In this document: one piece after another, positions 17,654 to 27,638 of the stretch
Numbering within the stretch: position 1 is the stretch's first letter
Layout: each line of letters starts with the position of its first letter
Notes under the pieces: model-generated
The model's input: only the letters and a program-made list of their open reading frames with translations
Database searches by the model: none
Told to the model about the DNA's origin: nothing
Program-made: the position numbers and the translations under genes
DNA from: Chloroflexota bacterium
GTDB lineage: Bacteria > Chloroflexota > UBA11872 > VXNJ01
DNA length: 64,000 nucleotides
Direction: 5' to 3'
Assembly (NCBI GenBank): GCA_965218195.1
Contig: OZ244593.1
Location: forward strand, 2,853,908-2,917,907

Positions 17654-20452
17654 GTGAAATACATTAGGGGCTTGGTGCTAGGCAGGTTGGGGTTGCTGAC
17701 TGCGGTAGTGATGGCGACCCTGTTGGGGGCGGCCGCCCACGAGCGAACCGACGGTGATCCGACCAGTACCGCGAGACGGGGGTTGAGCGGTAGTGCTGTC
17801 CCGGAGTTCCGGCAGCCCTCAGCCAACGCCGCCGAGTCACGGCGAACTGCAGGCGCCGAGCCGCAGGTGACTCCTCAATCAGTGTTTGTCGGCCCGCCGT
17901 GTTATCCGACAATCGTTCTCGTACCTTACGCTTTGCTACCTTGGCTTTCTGACCAGTTTGTGCAATGGAGTCCTGACGGCGACCAAATCCTGTTCACCCA
18001 GAGAGCAAATTTGTACGCGGTGAGTGAGGACGGAGCGCGACGGACGCAAGTGGCAACGGGTTCGGTAGACATACCAGATGATTGGCGAGGGGTCATTGGC
18101 GGGATGATGGCGTTCGACATCTCCCCGGACGGGAAACAGGTGGCGTATTCCACCTGCGAGTACCCGAAGAGAGATATCGAACAAGCGATCAGGCAGTCTG
18201 GACGGAGTGGGGCTGTAGAGTTGCACAGCTATCAGATCGCTACTGCGAGCATCGACGGCAGGCAGCCGCAGCTGCTGACGAACTACCGCCGCTTCGACAA
18301 CTCTCCGTCCTGGTCGCCGGACGGAGAGCGTGTTGCATTTCTAGCGGGCGGCGATCCGCTCGAATGGCCAAATCGTGTCGCGCTGATGACGATGGCGGCC
18401 GACGGGACAGACCAGCGGGTCATTGTCGAACAGTTCGACTCACTGGCGATGCGGCCGCCGGCGTGGTCGCCTGACGGCACGCATCTCGCGTTTGCAGGAG
18501 ATGATGGCGAATCGGGGTTCTCAATCTACACGGTGAGGGCGGGCGGAGGCGACTTGCGACGGCTGACGGACACGCTGAGTGGGCCTGTGTGGTCGCCGGA
18601 CGGGTCACGGATAGCGTTCGCCAAAGCCGATGGCCGCGAAGTGGCTATCTACACGATCGCGGCGGACGGGACGGACGAGCGGAGGATAGCTCCCATTCCT
18701 GACGTCGTTTGGGATCCGGCTACGCGGCCAGCGGCGTATATCCGGACGCTGGCATGGTCGCCCGACGGATCGAAGATCCTGTTCACTGAGAACCGGGAGC
18801 TGGCGGGGCATAACTGCTCTCGTTCACCTACAACTGACGGGGTCTATGTGGTGGGGGCCGACGGAAGCGGGCTGGTAGGTCTGGGGATATCCGACCCGAA
18901 GGTCTATTCGTACGCGGCGGCCGCGTGGTCGCCGAACGGCACGCGTATCGCGGTGTTGGCAGATGGCGCACCAGCCTATTTCGGGGGAAACAGTTGCGAC
19001 TACACGGAAGCGGTCATCGAGGGGGACGCGCGCCCGCTGATCCTCTTCACAATGGCTGTGGACGGGGCGGACGTGGAGGTGCTGGCGCAAGCGGATGAGG
19101 ACGGGACGATGACAGGTACATGGACAAAATACCAAGAGGTGCCGGCGGATGTGGCGGCGTGCTCGGAGGGCACGGTAGTGGTAGAGCCGGAAGCGAATCC
19201 TGGGCTGGTGCGCGACTGCGAGGCGCTCATGGGGTTGCGGGATGTGCTGCTCTTGGGACCTGCAACGAACTCGTGGTCGGCTACGCCGATTGATAGGTGG
19301 AAGTGGATTACAGTCGAAGGCTCACCGGCGCGAGTGACGGGCTTGACGCTCAGGGGACTTGGGATAACCGGCACGATCTCGTCGCAGCTGGGTGAGCTTA
19401 CTGAATTGCGGGTACTGGACCTGTCGAATAACAGTTTGGGCGGAGCCATCCCGGCAGAGTTCGGCAGCCTGACGAAGCTGGAAAGGTTGGACCTTAGCCG
19501 CAATTATCTGTCCGGAAGGATCCCGGCTGCGTTAGGTCAGATGGCGCAGTTGAGGTGGCTGGACCTCAGTAGCAATTACTCCCTTGCAGGCTGGATACCG
19601 TGGCAGCTGGGGCAACTTGCCGAACTGCGGGTGCTGAACCTCAGCAGCACTGATCTGACGGCACGCATACCGCCAGAACTGGGTGCACTCGCGGAGCTTG
19701 AAATCTTGAACCTCAGCAAGCTTGAAAGCCAGCCCCTCACCGGGAGTGATGTGAATTGGGGGATTCCGGCCGAGCTGGGTGCACTCGCCAAACTGCAGGT
19801 GCTGGACCTCAGTTGGACTGTCCTGCGGGGAGACATTCCGCCAGAACTAGGTGCGCTCGCGGAGCTTGAGATCCTAAACCTCCGCCGGACTCTTGTGACT
19901 GGGGACATTCCGTCCGAGCTGGGCGGACTCGCCAAACTGCGGGAGTTGCACCTCAGCCTGAATGACCTGAGGGGAGACATTCCGTCAGAACTGGGTGCGC
20001 TCGCGGAGCTTGAGACCCTGGGCCTCAGCGGGAATGCGTTGACCGGTCAAATCCCGGCGGAGTTGGGGCAATTGAAGGCACTCAGGACTCTAGGTCTCTC
20101 CCACAATGACCTGACTGGGGAGATTCCTGCGGAGTTGGGGCAGCTGACCAGTCTGACAAAGTTGAATGTGAAGAAAAACCGGTTGACGGGGTGCCTACCG
20201 GTCGGATTGAGGGGGATCGAGTTCAACGATCTGGCCGAGCTTGAGTTGCCGGACTGTGCTGCGGCCGTCGAGCAGCAGGAGGGTGACCCGAGCTCTGCGC
20301 TGGCACCAGGTTTGAGCAGTAGGCCTGCGGCGGAGGTCCGACAGCGTCCGGCGGAGAGCGTGTCCGGCTGGTGGGCGCTTCTTACGCTGCCGCTGGCATT
20401 GGCTGTAGCGGTGATCGTTCGAGTCGTGCTGCGGGGAAGGACGCGAAGCTGA
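17654..20452 (+). CDS. TolB/PD40 beta-propeller + plant-type LRR protein with C-terminal TM anchor
   Basis: WSPDG repeats, Cys cap NPGLVRDCEAL, LxxLxLxxNxLxGxIPxELG repeats, WWALLTLPL + basic tail. Confidence 0.9.
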   Translation: MKYIRGLVLGRLGLLTAVVMATLLGAAAHERTDGDPTSTARRGLSGSAVPEFRQPSANAAESRRTAGAEPQVTPQSVFVGPPCYPTIVLVPYALLPWLSDQFVQWSPDGDQILFTQRANLYAVSEDGARRTQVATGSVDIPDDWRGVIGGMMAFDISPDGKQVAYSTCEYPKRDIEQAIRQSGRSGAVELHSYQIATASIDGRQPQLLTNYRRFDNSPSWSPDGERVAFLAGGDPLEWPNRVALMTMAADGTDQRVIVEQFDSLAMRPPAWSPDGTHLAFAGDDGESGFSIYTVRAGGGDLRRLTDTLSGPVWSPDGSRIAFAKADGREVAIYTIAADGTDERRIAPIPDVVWDPATRPAAYIRTLAWSPDGSKILFTENRELAGHNCSRSPTTDGVYVVGADGSGLVGLGISDPKVYSYAAAAWSPNGTRIAVLADGAPAYFGGNSCDYTEAVIEGDARPLILFTMAVDGADVEVLAQADEDGTMTGTWTKYQEVPADVAACSEGTVVVEPEANPGLVRDCEALMGLRDVLLLGPATNSWSATPIDRWKWITVEGSPARVTGLTLRGLGITGTISSQLGELTELRVLDLSNNSLGGAIPAEFGSLTKLERLDLSRNYLSGRIPAALGQMAQLRWLDLSSNYSLAGWIPWQLGQLAELRVLNLSSTDLTARIPPELGALAELEILNLSKLESQPLTGSDVNWGIPAELGALAKLQVLDLSWTVLRGDIPPELGALAELEILNLRRTLVTGDIPSELGGLAKLRELHLSLNDLRGDIPSELGALAELETLGLSGNALTGQIPAELGQLKALRTLGLSHNDLTGEIPAELGQLTSLTKLNVKKNRLTGCLPVGLRGIEFNDLAELELPDCAAAVEQQEGDPSSALAPGLSSRPAAEVRQRPAESVSGWWALLTLPLALAVAVIVRVVLRGRTRS

Positions 20453-20710
20453 CCTGTCGAGGTGAGTAAGGACGTGACGGGCTTGAAGCGAGACAGGTTT
20501 GGTCAGGGCGGCGACGGTTGCAGGCATCCAGTAGCCCTCCTCCGCCGCTATCAACTCATGGTGTAGGCATAGGTCCTGAGGCGGCGGGCAATCTCCGACC
20601 ACGACAGGCCTGATGTCGGTTGGCGACTGCGTGACGTTGGCCGTCCGCGGCGGGCGCGTCCCGAAGCGGACCTGGCGGCGCCGCCCGCATCGGTAGGGGT
20701 ATCCACTCTG

Positions 20711-21661
20711 TTACCGACTCGGGCTGTCGTCACGTGGCGGACGGCTTGGATGCGCGGGCGATTGGGCCTGTCGCAGGATCCATCGGCGGAATGCCTGGAC
20801 TTCGGGTTTGCGCCGCGAGCCCGCGGTGGTGATAAGGCAGCAGCGCTCGGGGGCGTCGGCCTGCTGGTCCAGCACGGGGACCAGCAGCCGGGTCGCGAGC
20901 TCGTCCGCTATCAGCGCCGGACGCCCGATGGCGACCCCGAGCCCCTGGACGGCAGCGTTGACCAGCATGCTGTACAGGCGGAAGCCCGAGGACCGCGAGA
21001 GGTCCGGTGCAGGCTGGTTCTGGCAGGCCGACCAGTACGCCCAGTCGGTGTCCCAGCCCAGGTCGTAGAGCAGGGGCCAGCCGTCCAGCTCGGCCGGGCC
21101 GCGGGGCTGCCCGCGCGCCGCCAGCAGGGCCGGGCTGCACACCGGCAGCAGCTGCTCCTCGTAGAGCGTCTCCTCGATCAGCGTGTCCGCGCGCCGCGTC
21201 ACCGGGCGCGGCGCCGCGGTCGCGCCGGTGTAGGCGATCCAGGCGTCGAAGTCGCGGCTGCCGGGGTCGACACCGCGGTGGTCGGTCTCCAGCTCGATGG
21301 CGATGCCGGGATGGGTCGTCTCGAGAGCCGCCAGCCTCGGCACCAGCCACTTCTCGGCGACCGCCTCCACCGAGATGATCCGGACGCGCCGCGGCTGGCG
21401 GCGGTGGCGCTCGGAGACGCCGTGGACTTCGGCCAGTATGTGCTGTATCTCCTTGAGGTGGGCCTGGCCCCGCGGGTTGAGCAGCACGCCCCTTTGCCTG
21501 CGTTCGAAGAGCGGGGCGTCGAGGTGCGCTTCGAGGGCGCGGACGTGGTAGGCGACGGCCGCCGCCGTGACACCCAGCTCGGCCGCGGCGCGCGCGAAGC
21601 TCTCATGGCGGGCCGCGGCCTCGAAGAAGCGCAGGCTCTCAAGCGGGGGCAGGCCCGACAA
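20711..21661 (-). CDS. LysR-family regulator (GcvA-like)
   Basis: LPPLESLRFFEAAARHESFARAAAELGVT HTH; PVCSP; GLGVAI. Confidence 0.9.
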   Translation of the reverse strand: MSGLPPLESLRFFEAAARHESFARAAAELGVTAAAVAYHVRALEAHLDAPLFERRQRGVLLNPRGQAHLKEIQHILAEVHGVSERHRRQPRRVRIISVEAVAEKWLVPRLAALETTHPGIAIELETDHRGVDPGSRDFDAWIAYTGATAAPRPVTRRADTLIEETLYEEQLLPVCSPALLAARGQPRGPAELDGWPLLYDLGWDTDWAYWSACQNQPAPDLSRSSGFRLYSMLVNAAVQGLGVAIGRPALIADELATRLLVPVLDQQADAPERCCLITTAGSRRKPEVQAFRRWILRQAQSPAHPSRPPRDDSPSR

Positions 21662-22214
21662 GGTCGCGAGTGTCCATACAGGGGCCGTCCGCGGGGGACG
21701 GCACTATGCCGAGGCGGATTATGGCATAGCACGCCGTGGGCCGAATGCAGCGCTTTGACCAAGTGAGCTTATGTCATTGACACACATCGCGCGCGTCCTG
21801 TTCGATTCCCTCTTGAGAACAAGAGGGGCATCGCGCCGGACGGCGGGGAGGCCCTCACTCACGGGGGAGGCGTTCTCATGACTCTCGACGACTCCATGCA
21901 CGCGCCGAGCCGCTCGGCCCACTCCGGCGCCCGTGACTAGCACGGACCTTCACCGCCCGGATTTTCCCTCTGCTCTAGCCACCTCGCCCCACCCGGCTCG
22001 TCCGGGCAGGTCCGATCCTCCGCCATCGCCGCTCTGTCGGAGCGCGCGGCTCACATCCTCGAAGTCCTCGAAGGACGCTCCCCCGGGGCGCTTGCCGCGG
22101 CCCGGCGTCGGACGCCTTTCAACAATGCACCGCGCCCTCCGCGCCGCTAGCGGCTGACGCCTGTGGACCGGACGGGCTGCGTCCCATACCCCCGCGCAAG
22201 CACGAGTAGGAGCC

Positions 22215-24770
22215 ATGATGACTCGCACCGCTAGACGACGATTCCCCATCCTGCTCGCCGCCATAGCGGCGCTGGCCCTACCGGTCGCCGTGTTGGCGGT
22301 GGTCCTGCACTTCGGGGCCAAGCCGGTCTCGGCGCAGACCACGCCTGAGGTGACCATCGCGGCGGACCGTCAGACGATCATCGCGGAGCTTGACCACATG
22401 GATTTCACGCTGACCCGCACGGTCGCCACGGAGGAGCTGGACGTCAACGTCGTGCTCACGCAGGACCGGGACTTTCTGGAGGGATCGGCGCTTTTGCAAA
22501 CCGTGACCTTCGGGGCAGGCCAGGACACCGCAGAGCTGAGGATGTTGGCGTGGGACGAATTTGCCGGCCACGAGGTCACGCAGAACGGCAGCATCACGGC
22601 GACCGTGCGGGACGGGACGGGCTACGTGGCGGGCACGCCCGCTACGGCGACCGTGGGCGTCCTGGTGGCCGATCCGGCCGTAACCGTGTGGCACGAGCAG
22701 CCCGAGTACAGGTTCGCCGAGGACGCCGCGCACGGCGACACCGTTGTCGCGATCGTCGCCAGGACGGCGGCCGGTGTGCCGGTGCCCGCTGCGAGCATCC
22801 ATATAGCCTTCAGCACCAAGGGAACCGGCCAACAAGGCCAGGCAACCAGCAATGTGGACTTCGATGGCCTGTCCGTGGGGGTCGAAATCGCCCCTTCGGA
22901 CTTCGAACCGGACGGCTCGGTGTTCACGGCCCGCAAGGAAGTGCGGTTGACGGTAATTGACGATCTGGAAATCGAGGGGGACGAGTACATCCAACTGAAA
23001 CTCGAAAAGGATCCCGGACTGTCGCCGGTGGTCGCGTTCCAGGCGTCATCGGAGGGCGCGGCGTGCGACCCGTGTCACGCGAGGGTCATCATCGTCGACA
23101 ACGACCAGCTCCGCATCCAGGGCATCTGCGACCGCACGGCGCGCGTCCGCGACCGCATCCTGGTGCGGCTGAAGTACGTGCACGGATTCAAGGGCGGCTG
23201 CGCCGAGGTGAACGAGACGCATCTGGCGAAGGTGAGGTTCCTCGGCCTGCGCCGCAACCCATCCACCGAGTCGGGGTTCACGCTCAGCCTGCGGCGGCAG
23301 GACTTCGAGGGGCTGTTGAACCTGGAGGAGTTGGACCTCGCGGACACCGGGCTGCGGTCGCTGCCGGCCGAGGTGTTCGGCGGGCTGACGAGCCTGCAGA
23401 CGCTGAACCTGAACAAGAACCGGCTGCGGTCGCTGCCGGCCGGGGTGTTCGCGGGCCTGCGGTCGCTCGCGACGCTGCGGCTGCAGCAGAACCCGTCGCT
23501 GCGGTCGCTGCCCTACGACGAGTTCGAGGCGCTGCCGGCGCTGACGGAGCTGCGGGTGGACCGGCAAGGCCGCAGGAAGCTCCAGGTGGCGGGCGGCGCG
23601 GGCGACGCGGTCCTGGAGGTCGCGGCGGGGGGCACGGCGACGTATCAGGTGCGCCTGATGGCGGCGTCCGACTCCACAACCGCGAACCCGGTGAGTATAG
23701 GGGTGAGCTCTTCTAACACGGCCGTGGCGACCGCGTCCCCGGCGACGCTGCGGTTCACCGGCGAGAACTGGTTCCGGAGTCAGACGGTGACGGTGGACGT
23801 CCGATCCTCCGCGTCCGGGACGGCGGCGCTGAGCCACGAGGCCTCGGGCACGACGATGGATTCGCAGAGCCAGGCGCAGTCGAACTACGACTTCGAGGAC
23901 TACCCGCTGCCGACGGTGACGGTGCGGGTGCCGGAGCCACGCAGCGAGCGCTCCCGCGGGGTGGACATCGGCACGCCCGCCGCGCTGACCACGACCCCGG
24001 TGGAGCGCAAGCAGGAGCAGCAGGAAGAAACGCAAGCACCTGCGGAGCGGTCCGTTGAGCGCCGGGGACAAACTAGCCCCCGGTTGGAGGCGCAAGCGCC
24101 CGCCAAGCCCACTGGCCTGATGGCGGCGGCGGCCTTCAACGGAGTGATCCTCGTCTGGGTCGATCCCGGCGACAACTCCATCACCGGCTACGTGGTCCTG
24201 CGGCGCAACCGCGATACCGATGCCGGCGGCCAGTTCACCACGCTGGTGGCGGACACGGGCACGGCGGCCACGAGCTATATCGATGACACGGTGCAGCCGG
24301 AGGCGCCCTACAGCTACCGGATCAGGGCGATCAACGCGGCCGGAACGAGCGAGCGCTCCCGCGCGGTGGACATCGACACGCTCGCCGCGCTGACCACGAC
24401 CCCGGTGGAGCGCAAGCAGGAGCAGCGGGAAGAAACGCAAGCATCTGCGAAGCCGCCCGCCAAGCCCACTCGCCTGATAGTGGCGGCGGCCTTCAACGGA
24501 GTGCTCCTCGGCTGGGACGACCCCGGCGACGATTCCATCAGCGGCTACGTGATACTCCGGCGCAACCGCGATACCGATGCCGAGGGCGAATTCCACATTC
24601 TCGTGGCGAACACCGGGACTGCGGCCACCACCTATACCGATGCCACGGTGCAGGCGGAGACGCCCTACAGCTACCGGATCAGGGCGATCAACGCGGCCGG
24701 AACGAGCGAGCGCTCCCGCGCGGTGGACATCGACACGCTCGCCGCTCCGTCCCTCGACGCTGGTGGATAA
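22215..24770 (+). CDS. Surface protein: Ig/Calx-beta-like + typical-class LRR + two fibronectin type III domains; 3' end probably clipped by IS remnant
   Basis: Signal peptide, GICDRT cap, LRSLPAGVFAGL LRRs, duplicated PAKPTGL..W..P..SITGY..YSYRIRAINAAG. Confidence 0.82.
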   Translation: MMTRTARRRFPILLAAIAALALPVAVLAVVLHFGAKPVSAQTTPEVTIAADRQTIIAELDHMDFTLTRTVATEELDVNVVLTQDRDFLEGSALLQTVTFGAGQDTAELRMLAWDEFAGHEVTQNGSITATVRDGTGYVAGTPATATVGVLVADPAVTVWHEQPEYRFAEDAAHGDTVVAIVARTAAGVPVPAASIHIAFSTKGTGQQGQATSNVDFDGLSVGVEIAPSDFEPDGSVFTARKEVRLTVIDDLEIEGDEYIQLKLEKDPGLSPVVAFQASSEGAACDPCHARVIIVDNDQLRIQGICDRTARVRDRILVRLKYVHGFKGGCAEVNETHLAKVRFLGLRRNPSTESGFTLSLRRQDFEGLLNLEELDLADTGLRSLPAEVFGGLTSLQTLNLNKNRLRSLPAGVFAGLRSLATLRLQQNPSLRSLPYDEFEALPALTELRVDRQGRRKLQVAGGAGDAVLEVAAGGTATYQVRLMAASDSTTANPVSIGVSSSNTAVATASPATLRFTGENWFRSQTVTVDVRSSASGTAALSHEASGTTMDSQSQAQSNYDFEDYPLPTVTVRVPEPRSERSRGVDIGTPAALTTTPVERKQEQQEETQAPAERSVERRGQTSPRLEAQAPAKPTGLMAAAAFNGVILVWVDPGDNSITGYVVLRRNRDTDAGGQFTTLVADTGTAATSYIDDTVQPEAPYSYRIRAINAAGTSERSRAVDIDTLAALTTTPVERKQEQREETQASAKPPAKPTRLIVAAAFNGVLLGWDDPGDDSISGYVILRRNRDTDAEGEFHILVANTGTAATTYTDATVQAETPYSYRIRAINAAGTSERSRAVDIDTLAAPSLDAGG

Positions 24771-25223
24771 CTTCAGTCGTGAGAGTCTGGCGATCCTGGT
24801 CGACGGGAGCCTGGGAGGCCATCGCGTGGTGGAGACATTGGCCCTGCTGGCGCTGCAAGGCAGGAAGCCTCAAACCATAGCCATGGACAACGGCCCCGAG
24901 TTCACCTCCAAGGCTCTGGACCAGTGGGCGTACCTCAACGGTGTGGAGTTGGACTTCAGCCGGCCGGGCAAGCCCACCGACAACGCGATGATCGAGGCCT
25001 TCAACGCCAGGCTGCGGGCGGAATGTCTGAACGAGAACTGGTTCCTGTCGTTGGCCGATGCTAGCGAGAAGATCGAAGCTTGGCGAAGGTACTACAATGC
25101 CGAGCGTCCCCACGGCGCGCTGGGCAACCTCGCCCCGAAGACCTTCGTTCTGAAGACCCCGGCAGTTGTTCGATGAACCGCGAAACTAACGTTGCGACTG
25201 GTACAAAGATGGGGGCAAGGCCA
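24753..25223 (+). mobile_element. IS3-family remnant (3' orfB + right IR)
   Basis: TLVDNFSRESL, DNGPEFTS, PGKPTDNAMIEAFN; ends GGGGGCAAGGCCA. Confidence 0.85.
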
Positions 25224-25227
25224 ATTG

Positions 25228-25510
25228 TGACCTGCCCCCCGAAACCTGGTCCAGGATAAATGTTAGGAACTGGGCCACAGGAGGGGGAACGGATGGCAAG
25301 GCGGAAGCATACGCCGGAGCAGGTGATCAAGAAGCTGCGGGAGGTCGAGGTGGCCATGGCTGAAGGCGGCACGGTGGCTCAAGCCAGTCGGAAGATAGGG
25401 GTGACGGAGCAGACCTTCTACCGCTGGCGGGCGGAGTACGGGGGGCTGTGGATCGACCAGGCGCGACGGCTCAAGCAGTTGGAGACGGAGAACGGCCGTT
25501 TGCGGCAAGG
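25228..25510 (+). mobile_element. IS3-family remnant (left IR + truncated orfA) related to 46072-47301
   Basis: TGACCTGCCCCCCGAAACCTGGTCCAGG; MARRKHTPEQVIKKL; similarity stops near ENGRLR. Confidence 0.85.
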
Positions 25511-25776
25511 AAGCGACTCGACGCTTGCGGCCTAGATAGCATGGGGAACGATATACGGGGAAACCGCGCCTGCTGTACCGAGCCTCCGGCGCCATCAGTC
25601 AGTGTAAATGGCGGGGCGTCACGCCCCGCCGTTAGGGCCGTTAGCCGGTACAAGGCTGTCTCTCCTGCTTCTATCACCTCACGGAATTAGCACAATCGAG
25701 AGTGGTTCGACCTGATCGAATACCTCTCCTCAATTCACCTGCTCTGCAACCGTAACTATATTCGTCGTTACCGCGG

Positions 25777-27405
25777 TTATCTCCTCATCCGGTGCCTGAC
25801 GAAGAAGCCGACGACCAGAACCGCGATCCAGACCGGGCTGAAGATGCCGATCCAGATTGCCGCTTGAGCCAGGACGGCGCCGACCGCGGACAGCGCCCGG
25901 ATAGCGGTCCGGCCGGTCTCGCCGGCGCTCCAGCCGCCGATCACCAGGCTCTCCTTTTCGGTGACGAAAACGCTTATTCTGTCTGAGGCCTCGATGTCGC
26001 CGGCGTCTGTCTTGCCGGTGACCGTAAGAGTCGCGGTGTAGGGGTCGGGGCGGTAGTTGGCGTACAGATGCGTCGTGGCCGCCGTCGTGACGCCCGTCGC
26101 GACGTCTCCTGTAACAGTCGCCGAGCCGTCGCCGAAGGTCCACGTGAATTTCAGGTCGGAAACGCCCTCGGGTCGGGTGAACGAGCCGGAGAACTCGGCC
26201 TCCTCACCCTCTTCGACGGTTTTCTCCGTGCCTGCGAACACGGTAATGACCGGAATCTCGCTGACGGTTACGACGACCGAGGCCTTGGCTTCGGCCACAC
26301 CGGAGTCGCCGGTGCCGGTGATCGTGATCTCGGCGAAGTACGGAGAGTTTTCGACGTCGTAATAGACGTGCGTCACAGGCGCAGTCACCCGGGTGTCTTC
26401 ATCGGCGGTGGGCGCCGTCCGGTCGCTGTAGAACGGCCCGGAGCCGTCGCCGAAGTCCCAGACGTATGAGAAGCGGTCGATGCCTTCGGGGGGTTTGAAG
26501 AGGGCGCGGAACCTGACGGGCTGACCGACCCCGGCGATCTGGTCGCCGCCCGCGTCTATCTCCATGGACTGCGGCTCCAGCACCAGGGCGACATTGATCA
26601 GCGAGAACGCGGAGGTCTGCTCGAGGAAGTTGATGCGCCCCTTGATGACCTCGATTTCTCCCTGGACTTGCGAGAGTGTCCGCTGAACGTCGAGCGCTTC
26701 CTCGACCGTGGCGGCGCGATCGAACAGCCGCAGGAGAGCGGTCTCGGTCGCCTCGAGGTTGCCAAGACGTGAGGTCAGGTCGACGTATTCGTCGGTAACG
26801 TCCCGGCTGCTGGCGTTCTCGGCCTGCACGTCTACGGCCATTCCTCTCAGGCGGGCGACGGCCTCGTCGAGGCGCTCGGCGGGCACGCGGATGGAGATAA
26901 ACCCCACGTGCCGCTCCGCGCGGCTGGTGGAGACGATCCAGCCACCCATCTCCCGGGCCATCGCGCCGACCTCGTCGACGGAGGTCGCCACGTCGACGAT
27001 CTCCAGCGTCATGTCGACGGTGTAGATGATGATGCGTTTCTGGATTGCAGACTGGACGACCTGCTGCTGAGTGTCGCCGATGTCCTGGAGGGCGCCCGTC
27101 CCGGCCGACTCCGACTCCAGTTGGACGGCCTGAGCCTGGGCCGGGGTAGGGGCCGCCATAACGACTTTTTCGACCACCCTTTCCCTTTCAACAAACACTT
27201 CCTGCACGACAACCTTTTCAACGGGCACTTCCCTGACGACCTCGACGACCTGCATCGCCGCGCTGTCGGAAGTCATCGCGGACTCGTCCCCGCCGCCCAG
27301 GCAGGCGGCAAGCGTCAGCGCGGCGGCGACGAGAAGCAGGGTAATCGCGTGTGCGCGCCAGGGCCGGAGCTTGTTCAAGATGACGTTTTTAGGGATGTTA
27401 GTCAT
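25777..27405 (-). CDS. DUF4349 + PKD domain lipoprotein with C-terminal TM
   Basis: LAAC lipobox, IRVPAE..DVTDEYVDL..RL, WDFGDG/WTFGDG PKD motifs. Confidence 0.82.
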   Translation of the reverse strand: MTNIPKNVILNKLRPWRAHAITLLLVAAALTLAACLGGGDESAMTSDSAAMQVVEVVREVPVEKVVVQEVFVERERVVEKVVMAAPTPAQAQAVQLESESAGTGALQDIGDTQQQVVQSAIQKRIIIYTVDMTLEIVDVATSVDEVGAMAREMGGWIVSTSRAERHVGFISIRVPAERLDEAVARLRGMAVDVQAENASSRDVTDEYVDLTSRLGNLEATETALLRLFDRAATVEEALDVQRTLSQVQGEIEVIKGRINFLEQTSAFSLINVALVLEPQSMEIDAGGDQIAGVGQPVRFRALFKPPEGIDRFSYVWDFGDGSGPFYSDRTAPTADEDTRVTAPVTHVYYDVENSPYFAEITITGTGDSGVAEAKASVVVTVSEIPVITVFAGTEKTVEEGEEAEFSGSFTRPEGVSDLKFTWTFGDGSATVTGDVATGVTTAATTHLYANYRPDPYTATLTVTGKTDAGDIEASDRISVFVTEKESLVIGGWSAGETGRTAIRALSAVGAVLAQAAIWIGIFSPVWIAVLVVGFFVRHRMRR

Positions 27406-27509
27406 GTGGGTTCTCCATCCGGGTTCGCCCCGGTTCTTCCTGCGGATAGTACATCTTCGCTGATTTTCGGCGGCGAGAGCCCGCCTGAAGTTGGGTCTCA
27501 ACTAGACAA

Positions 27510-27535
27510 TACGCGCGGCTGGACGAAAACGTTCC
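27510..27535 (-). promoter_or_regulatory. ECF-type promoter GGAAC-N17-CGTA upstream of DUF4349 gene
   Basis: Minus strand GGAAC gttttcgtccagccgcg CGTA. Confidence 0.65.
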
Positions 27536-27638
27536 ATGCAAAGACGTAATTTTGGAAGTCCGGGAGAGTGAAGCAGGGTCAGAGGCGTATTCTTGATGTC
27601 GATTTACTAATCAACTGAGATCGAAGGCGTGTTACGAC

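Noticed and set aside
23046-24596. Long antisense ORFs (also 2487-3641, 14804-15838, 20750-21766, 35819-36880)
   Set aside because: Shadows of well-supported opposite-strand genes in high-GC DNA
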